Below are positions 45,495 to 51,063 of a DNA stretch of 51,063 bases, one piece after another; the stretch's first letter is position 1; every line of letters starts with the position of its first letter. Origin of the DNA: Victivallales bacterium (lineage in GTDB: Bacteria; Verrucomicrobiota; Lentisphaeria; Oligosphaerales; Oligosphaeraceae); assembly GCA_017431255.1 (NCBI GenBank), contig JAFRLI010000271.1, forward strand, positions 1 to 51,063. The letters run 5' to 3'. Both the position numbers and the translations under genes were made by a program. The notes beneath the pieces were generated by a model. The model saw only the letters and a program-made list of their open reading frames with translations, made no database searches and had not been told where the DNA came from.

Positions 45495-48400
45495 GTGCTC
45501 CCCAGCGAACGCTTCGCCAACTGCTTCCCGCAGGAAATCCGGCACGGTGGAGAGGCTCTCGTCCCAAATGCCACACGCCTCTGGGGCGGCGATGAATCCA
45601 TCTCCCTTGAGTTTTCCGACGGCACCAACGCCTCCTTCCAACTCGAAAACAATCTCCTCGTGCCACACTGTTCCTGCGAAACCGCACTCGCAGGAAATCC
45701 CTGCACGCACCTTTGGTGCGCACTCCTACTCGCAGACAAGTTCCAGGACCTCGCCAAGGCTCTCAAACGCTCCGTTCCACGACGCCTCCACTTCCCCACC
45801 AACAACACCGAGGATTCCCCACGGCTCGAATACGATACGCCACGACGACGCAAAAAGCCCGAAGAGGAACTCAGTCCCGAAGCCGCCGAAGCGTTGAACT
45901 ATCTTGCAGCGCTCGCCCATGGAGTCCGAGTCCCCGAAACGCGTCCCGAGGTCGATTCCTCCTTAACCCAGGAAATCCTCTACGTTGTGCGTCCAGACAA
46001 GCAGCGTCCCGACCAGCGCACCTGCCCCATCGAAACCTGGTGGCGCACGCCTGCCGCTCCTGGTCAGAAACCTTCCGCATGCCGCCCATTCACCTGGGAG
46101 GCAGGGACCCCGCTACCCACGAAAATGGACGCCACCCTGCTGGGACTCCTCACGCCTTTCCGTGCAGCCCCGCCCGAACACCCCAACCTCCACCACGTTC
46201 CCGCCTCTTGCGAACAACTCTTCGAGGCTCTCATCGGCTTCCCGAATCTCCGCTGGGCTGACGCACGCGAGGGCACCATCCAAATGCACCCGCTCGCACT
46301 CTCGTTCGGGACGGCTGCAGATTTGCACATTGCCTGCCGCCCGCTGGTGGAATTGGATTTGTACGAGTTCACTTGCCAACTGGCACATACGGGGAAAGAC
46401 ATCCCCTTCTCAGAGGTGCGAATGCAGTGCCAGGCACCTGGACGCCCTGCCCCGCCCGCCTGGCTCCTCTGCCGAAACCAACTCCTTCGCGCCAATCTTC
46501 GACGCGCCGAGGAACTCTCCCAGCAATTCCTACTCCGTGGAACCCTCCGCCTCGACTACGCAACCTCCAACGCACTCTCCGCCTCACTCGCCACTCAAAC
46601 CGACCTCGACACCGATTCCTTCCCCGAAGCCCTGCGGCACTACCGCGAAGACGCGCCCCCCATCGGCCACCTCTACGTCCGCACCGCCCAATTCAAATAC
46701 CAGGGCCAGGAACAGCTCCACGCCGAACTCTCCTTCCAGTACGGAAACATTACCTGCGAAGAAAACGACCCCAACGACCGCATCCTCGACGGACGCGCAC
46801 TCATCCAGCGAGACCCCGAAGCCGAAGAGCATCTCCGGGATTCCCTCCGCAAACTCGGCTTCCGATACAACTCCCGCTCCTGGGCCGAGGAACTCGGCTG
46901 GAAACTCCTCCCCTCCCTCCTCGACAATGCGGTCATGGAACTCATCGGCCAGGGCTGGGAAGTCCGCGCCGAAGGGAAAACCTACCGCAAGCCCCAAACC
47001 AAACAGGCCGTCGTCTCCTCAGGAACCGATTGGTTCGACCTCAAATCCGGAATCTCCTTCGATGGAATGGAGGTCCCCCTCCCCACGTTGCTCGCCGCCG
47101 CCAAACAAGGACAGCACGCCGTCCGACTCGACGACGGGACCTACGGCATCCTCCCCCGCGAATGGCTCGAAAACTTCACCGTCCTCACCGAACTTGGGGA
47201 AGTCACTAGCGACCGCATCCGCCTCCGCGTCGAGCAGGCCGCGCTCGTCAACGCCATCCTCAACGACCAACTTGCCCATGCGGGCGGAACGCTTCAAGAG
47301 CGTCTGGAGGAGTTTGAACGCCTCGGCACCCCGCAGCCCGCCGATCCGCCGCATGGATTCCAGGCGACCTTGCGCCCCTACCAGCGTGTCGGTCTCGGCT
47401 GGCTTCTCGCCATGCAGAAGGCGGGCATGGGGGCATGTCTCGCCGATGACAGGGGCCTCGGCAAGACCATCCAGGTCCTCGCCGTCCTCGCCGGGCGCGC
47501 CCTTGAACCCAACCATACCCCCTCCCTCATCGTCATGCCGCGCTCCCTCCTCTTCAACTGGCAGGCGGAAGCGCAAAAGTTCGCACCCTGGCTCCGCGTC
47601 CGTATCCATCTCGGAAATGCACGCGACCTCTCCCCACGCACCCTCGCCTCCTGCGACCTCCTCCTCACTACCTACGGAACCCTTCGCAACGACGCCACGC
47701 GGCTCGCCAATGTCGATTTCGATTACTGCGTCCTGGATGAATCCCAGGCCATCAAAAACCCCGACAGCGCCACCGCGCGCGCCGCACGCTGCATCCGCGC
47801 ACGGCACCGCATTGCCATGACGGGAACCCCCATCGAAAACCACCTCGGCGAACTCTTCAGCCAACTCGATTTTCTCAATCCGGCCCTCTTCGGGAATCGC
47901 CGCCTCCCCCTCGCACCCTCTCCCAACTCCAATCGCGAAAACTCCGCCATTGAGCGAGTGCGCAAGGGTGTCCGTCCATTTCTGTTGCGTCGCACCAAGC
48001 AAGATGTCGCCAAGGATCTTCCTCCGAAGACGGAGCAGATTCTCTGGTGTGAAATGCCACCTGAGGATCTCGCTGAATACAACGACCTCCTGCACTACTA
48101 CCAGAAGGAACTCTCCGAAGCCGAATCCACAGGAATGCAGACCCTCGCCGCACTCACACGACTGCGCCAGGCCGCCTGTCACCCTGGACTCCTCAAGGAA
48201 AACCGCTTCCACGACTCCTCCGCAAAACTCGAAATCCTCCTCCAAAACCTCGACACCATTCTCGAGGCAGGAAACAAGGCACTCGTCTTCTCTCAATTCA
48301 CCTCCTTCCTCAAAATCATCCGCGCACGCCTCCAGGACGCCGGATACAACCCCTGCTACCTCGACGGCGAAACCAAGGACCGCGCCGCCGAAGTCGACGC

Positions 48401-48725
48401 CTTCCAAAACGATCCGGCGCGCCAGGTCTTCCTCATCTCCCTCAAGGCGGGCGGTGTCGGCCTCAACCTCACGGCAGCCTCCTACGTTTTCCTAATGGAC
48501 CCATGGTGGAATCCCGCAGCCGAGGCCCAGGCCATCGACCGCGCCTATCGCATCGGTCAGAAAAACCCCGTATTCGCGTACCGTATCATTACACGTTCCA
48601 CCATCGAGGAAAAGGTCTACAACCTCCAAAACGCCAAACGAAAACTCGCCTCCGCCATCATCGACCACGATACCGACTCCCCTGCCCCACTCTCCCGCAA
48701 AGACCTCCAGGCACTCCTCTTCTAG
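45495..48725 (+). CDS. SWIM zinc-finger SNF2-family helicase (YwqA-like architecture)
   Basis: 1076 aa. GTG start with GGAGG 6 nt upstream, 12 nt after the nuclease stop. SWIM motif 'CSCETALAGNPCTH' (CxCx9CxH). SNF2 motifs 'LADDRGLGKT', 'VLDESQAIKN', 'MTGTPIEN' and 'SLKAGGVGLNLTAASYVFLMDPWWNPAAEAQAIDRAYRIGQ'. Confidence 0.9.
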   Translation: MLPSERFANCFPQEIRHGGEALVPNATRLWGGDESISLEFSDGTNASFQLENNLLVPHCSCETALAGNPCTHLWCALLLADKFQDLAKALKRSVPRRLHFPTNNTEDSPRLEYDTPRRRKKPEEELSPEAAEALNYLAALAHGVRVPETRPEVDSSLTQEILYVVRPDKQRPDQRTCPIETWWRTPAAPGQKPSACRPFTWEAGTPLPTKMDATLLGLLTPFRAAPPEHPNLHHVPASCEQLFEALIGFPNLRWADAREGTIQMHPLALSFGTAADLHIACRPLVELDLYEFTCQLAHTGKDIPFSEVRMQCQAPGRPAPPAWLLCRNQLLRANLRRAEELSQQFLLRGTLRLDYATSNALSASLATQTDLDTDSFPEALRHYREDAPPIGHLYVRTAQFKYQGQEQLHAELSFQYGNITCEENDPNDRILDGRALIQRDPEAEEHLRDSLRKLGFRYNSRSWAEELGWKLLPSLLDNAVMELIGQGWEVRAEGKTYRKPQTKQAVVSSGTDWFDLKSGISFDGMEVPLPTLLAAAKQGQHAVRLDDGTYGILPREWLENFTVLTELGEVTSDRIRLRVEQAALVNAILNDQLAHAGGTLQERLEEFERLGTPQPADPPHGFQATLRPYQRVGLGWLLAMQKAGMGACLADDRGLGKTIQVLAVLAGRALEPNHTPSLIVMPRSLLFNWQAEAQKFAPWLRVRIHLGNARDLSPRTLASCDLLLTTYGTLRNDATRLANVDFDYCVLDESQAIKNPDSATARAARCIRARHRIAMTGTPIENHLGELFSQLDFLNPALFGNRRLPLAPSPNSNRENSAIERVRKGVRPFLLRRTKQDVAKDLPPKTEQILWCEMPPEDLAEYNDLLHYYQKELSEAESTGMQTLAALTRLRQAACHPGLLKENRFHDSSAKLEILLQNLDTILEAGNKALVFSQFTSFLKIIRARLQDAGYNPCYLDGETKDRAAEVDAFQNDPARQVFLISLKAGGVGLNLTAASYVFLMDPWWNPAAEAQAIDRAYRIGQKNPVFAYRIITRSTIEEKVYNLQNAKRKLASAIIDHDTDSPAPLSRKDLQALLF

Positions 48726-48851
48726 ATGTGCTAGAGGGGCTAGATGTGCTAGATGGGCTAGATGGGCTAGATGTGCTAGATGGGCTAGATGTGCTAGATG
48801 GGCTAGATGGGCTAGATGTGCTAGATGTGCTAGATGTGCTAGATGGGCTAG
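48722..48851. repeat. 9-bp tandem array CTAGATGKG x14 (plus a partial unit), starting on the SNF2 TAG stop codon
   Basis: Units start at 48722, 48731, ... 48839 with no indels. Variants are CTAGATGTG and CTAGATGGG, plus one CTAGAGGGG. The TAG of every unit is in frame with the SNF2 stop at 48723-48725. Confidence 0.97.
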
Positions 48852-48984
48852 CAGCACCAGGTTTTGCAGGGCCGCGCTCCGAGCGGCCCAAGAGTGTGGC
48901 AAACGCGAGGAAAGGCAGGGTGCCTGACCATGGGGCTCGCATACACGCAGCCCTGCAAAACATAGTGCACAGGAGCCAGGGCAT
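48852..48984. other. Unique 133-bp core between the inverted arrays, carrying nested inverted repeats
   Basis: 12-bp perfect inverted repeat GTTTTGCAGGGC (48861-48872) / GCCCTGCAAAAC (48950-48961), 77 nt apart. Inner hairpin GGGCCGC-gctccga-GCGGCCC (48869-48889). Confidence 0.85.
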
Positions 48985-49206
48985 CTAGGGCTTCTAGCCC
49001 ATCTAGCCCCTCTAGCCCCTCTAGCCCCTCTAGCCCATCTAGCCCATCTAGCCCATCTAGCCCATCTAGCCCATCTAGCCCCTCTAGCCCCTCTAGCCCA
49101 TCTAGCCCATCTAGCCCCTCTAGCCCATCTAGCCCCTCTAGCCCATCTAGCCCCTCTAGCCCATCTAGCCCCTCTAGCCCATCTAGCCCATCTAGCCCCT
49201 CTAGCC
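48985..49206. repeat. 9-bp tandem array CTAGCCCMT x~24.7; the reverse complement of the left array, ending on the recombinase TAG stop codon
   Basis: Units start at 48985, 48994, ... 49192 and there is a partial unit at 49201-49206. CCCATCTAG is the reverse complement of the left-array unit CTAGATGGG. The recombinase stop (reverse complement of 49201-49203) lies in the last unit, and every unit gives an in-frame TAG on the minus strand. Confidence 0.97.
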
Positions 49207-50916
49207 TTTCCAGAAGTCCATGCTGGCCAAGTGGGCGAGGAGTGTTGCGTGTTCCGTACTTGAGGGGAAGAGATAGTTTACCTGAATGAGGCAGTCCTGA
49301 ATCGTGGTAGGCGGTTGTTTTCCACGCCGGGGCAGAATCCGAAAGGAAAACTTTGGAAAGTTCCTCGTACTCCCGAGAAGGACCCGTGGAAGGCTAAGGA
49401 TTCCATAATGGGTATGGATATCCAGATGGTCCTCAAAACAATGGATTTTGGAAACCGCGCGATGCAGCAATGTACGAAAACTCTCTTCCGAGAGTTGGTT
49501 GTCCAAAATGCGTTGCAACGTTTTCAAGGCATTGGCGTTGTCTTGTGCCTGGGAAGCCTGATGCGTCAGCAGGACGATTTCATTCAGCAGGGTCGTTTTG
49601 CGTTCCTGCAGATGCTGAAAAGCCGCATAGTATGCGATGCGAGAGGTTTCGTTTTCCACAAAAGAATCCACCAAATCGCCGATTTTTCCCTCTATTTCTT
49701 GCAATTCAGACTTCGTTTCCTCCAAATGAGCCTGAATCCGTTCACTGCTTTGACACTTTACACTGTCCAGGAAAAGCGCCAATGGAAGGACAGGAAGAAC
49801 AGCCTCACGCAACCCCGTAAACTCCTGCGATGACCTTACAAGCGTAATATTCACGCGCGACTTGCCGCATTGTTTGTCATGTCGCACATTCACCCCTTGC
49901 AGACAACTGTAGCAGATTTTCCCAGATTCCCGCAGCACAGACATGCGGCTTCCACAATTCCCACAATACAACAATCCTGAAAAAGGATGCTGGGCACGGT
50001 GTCTCGCATTGTCCCCCCCATGCGAGGCATTCACGATTTCATTCGCACGGTGCCACTCCTCAAACGTCACGATTTCCTTGCCTTCCATCTGCTTGGCAGG
50101 AACCAGAACCCCATGCGAATCATACATATACCCACAATAGAACGGATTCGCAATGATATGCCGCCAACTGGTGTCGTAGAAACACTTGCCAGAATGCCGT
50201 CCACGAAATCGCGTGTTCATCTCCCGCAACAAATCCGCATATTTGGCGCGATGAAGCACCTGTTCATACACAAAGCGAATCACCTCCACCGCTTCCGGAA
50301 TCACTTCAATTCTCTTCTCCTTGCCTCCCAAATACCGAATGCCGAACATCTTCGGTTGCGTACAATAGTATCCCGAATCCCGCAAACGCGCCAACGCTTT
50401 CTTGGACTTCTCGCGCGTTATCTTGATCTGATTGTCATTCACTTGAGACTGAATGCTCGATACCAGTGCGTCCGTAAACTTCTGGAAATCAATCGTCCCC
50501 TCCTTGAGACTCACCAATTCCACGCGACTGGCAAGCAGGCGATGGTTCACATATGCCTGCAAAAAACTGTTCAGGACTGGACGGTACAATCGCGTCAAAT
50601 CATACACGAGAAGGCAGTCCATCTGCGAAAGCATCTCCAGAACCTGCCCCAAGCCAGCACGATACCGCTTGCCTGTGGTATGGGAACGCAACCACTCCGC
50701 TAGCGCTTCATCCATCTCCGCAAGTGACTCCGCGCCCGTCGGATACAAGCGACCTGGGGTATTTGCATCTGCATATACCCCAATCACATCCCATCCATGG
50801 GATTCCGCGTAAACACGACACGCTTCTTCCTGCATCCCCAGCGATTCACTATCTTCTTCTTTTCCACTGGACTGACGACAGTAAATCACCGCTCGCTTTA
50901 AAACCCGGCTCGACAT
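49201..50916 (-). CDS. Large serine recombinase (resolvase/invertase N-domain, recombinase domain and zinc ribbon)
   Basis: The start is taken as ATG 50916 ('MSSRVLKRAVIYCRQSSGKEEDS...', catalytic-Ser region). Contains 'GYYCTQPKMFGIRY' and the zinc ribbon 'CGNCGSRM...CYSC', followed by a coiled-coil tail. Spot counts of 60-nt lines give about 47-48% G+C here against about 68% in one spot-counted 60-nt line of the adjacent SNF2 gene. Confidence 0.85.
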   Translation of the reverse strand: MSSRVLKRAVIYCRQSSGKEEDSESLGMQEEACRVYAESHGWDVIGVYADANTPGRLYPTGAESLAEMDEALAEWLRSHTTGKRYRAGLGQVLEMLSQMDCLLVYDLTRLYRPVLNSFLQAYVNHRLLASRVELVSLKEGTIDFQKFTDALVSSIQSQVNDNQIKITREKSKKALARLRDSGYYCTQPKMFGIRYLGGKEKRIEVIPEAVEVIRFVYEQVLHRAKYADLLREMNTRFRGRHSGKCFYDTSWRHIIANPFYCGYMYDSHGVLVPAKQMEGKEIVTFEEWHRANEIVNASHGGDNARHRAQHPFSGLLYCGNCGSRMSVLRESGKICYSCLQGVNVRHDKQCGKSRVNITLVRSSQEFTGLREAVLPVLPLALFLDSVKCQSSERIQAHLEETKSELQEIEGKIGDLVDSFVENETSRIAYYAAFQHLQERKTTLLNEIVLLTHQASQAQDNANALKTLQRILDNQLSEESFRTLLHRAVSKIHCFEDHLDIHTHYGILSLPRVLLGSTRNFPKFSFRILPRRGKQPPTTIQDCLIQVNYLFPSSTEHATLLAHLASMDFWKG

Positions 50917-51063
50917 ATAGATTCCCCTTGAGTGGCATAAGTTAAGTCCCAAGATGATACAACACACAATGTATCACTTGGTTCCGCGTTTTGCCACTCC
51001 CCCACCCATTTTTTATTCTGTTTCCACAGATTTGGGGAATGGTGCCAGCGCAAACACTAGATA

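Noticed and set aside
449-48407. Other long antisense ORFs in the track: 449..1519+, 5481..7277+, 12312..13544+, 14401..15771+, 22476..24257+, 25704..27554+, 32040..33920+, 40844..41836-, 42096..43301- and 47019..48407-.
   Set aside because: Each lies opposite a gene with clear family motifs (SPFH, GroEL, DnaK, FtsH, TPR, GH2, ABC, SNF2) in the codon-aligned frame. They are the same shadow-ORF effect of a biased, G+C-rich codon usage. None has an SD or a recognisable motif.
48492-48988. ORFs reading through the 9-bp arrays: 48492..48902- ('LAHLAHLAH...'), 48503..48988+ ('LDVLDGLDG...') and 48658..48984- ('SPSSTSSTSS...').
   Set aside because: Their repetitive peptides are simply the non-stop frames of the 9-bp unit. 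They start inside or antisense to the SNF2 gene or in the array, and they lack an SD. A repeat-tailed small protein cannot be fully excluded, but nothing supports one.

Overview
This is a 51-kb chromosomal window from a G+C-rich diderm bacterium (LptD and ExbB/ExbD are present) that carries several glycoside hydrolases. A PVC-type lineage is only a guess. All functions were assigned from motifs read in the ORF translations; no database search was run.

I call 34 protein genes in long co-directional blocks:
- two tandem SPFH paralogues, the first cut by the left edge
- GH1 beta-glucosidase
- an uncharacterised 664-aa protein and a cytidylate-kinase-like protein
- htpG, lptD, groEL, groES and dnaK, all on the minus strand
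- an Rpn/YhgA-like PD-(D/E)XK nuclease with an expanded in-frame 24-bp repeat
- a Gfo/Idh/MocA oxidoreductase, a DMT transporter, an orphan protein and a CrtI-like FAD oxidoreductase
- ftsH, an FHA-TM protein, a TPR protein, ExbD and ExbB
- malic enzyme
- a 1643-aa GH2-like protein with a GH29 fucosidase
- NfeD-stomatin, cysS and psd
- an amino-acid ABC transporter translationally coupled to an HTH-EIIA(Ntr)-like protein
- tadA
- a Cas4-like 4-Cys PD-(D/E)XK nuclease with a SWIM-SNF2 helicase
- a large serine recombinase at the right edge

No rRNA, tRNA or CRISPR array was seen.

The most unusual signals are:
1. CTAG-anchored tandem-repeat arrays that begin exactly on TAG stop codons. One is a 7-bp x13 plus 26-bp x~10 compound array after psd. 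The other is two inverted 9-bp arrays flanking a 133-bp structured core between the SNF2 helicase and the recombinase.
2. The nuclease-plus-SNF2 two-gene operon, which sits beside what looks like the border of an AT-richer integrated element.
3. A textbook sigma54-type promoter with an upstream palindromic enhancer-like site in front of a dnaK-groES-groEL operon.
4. A G11/C11 homopolymer tract where a ribosome-binding site should be.
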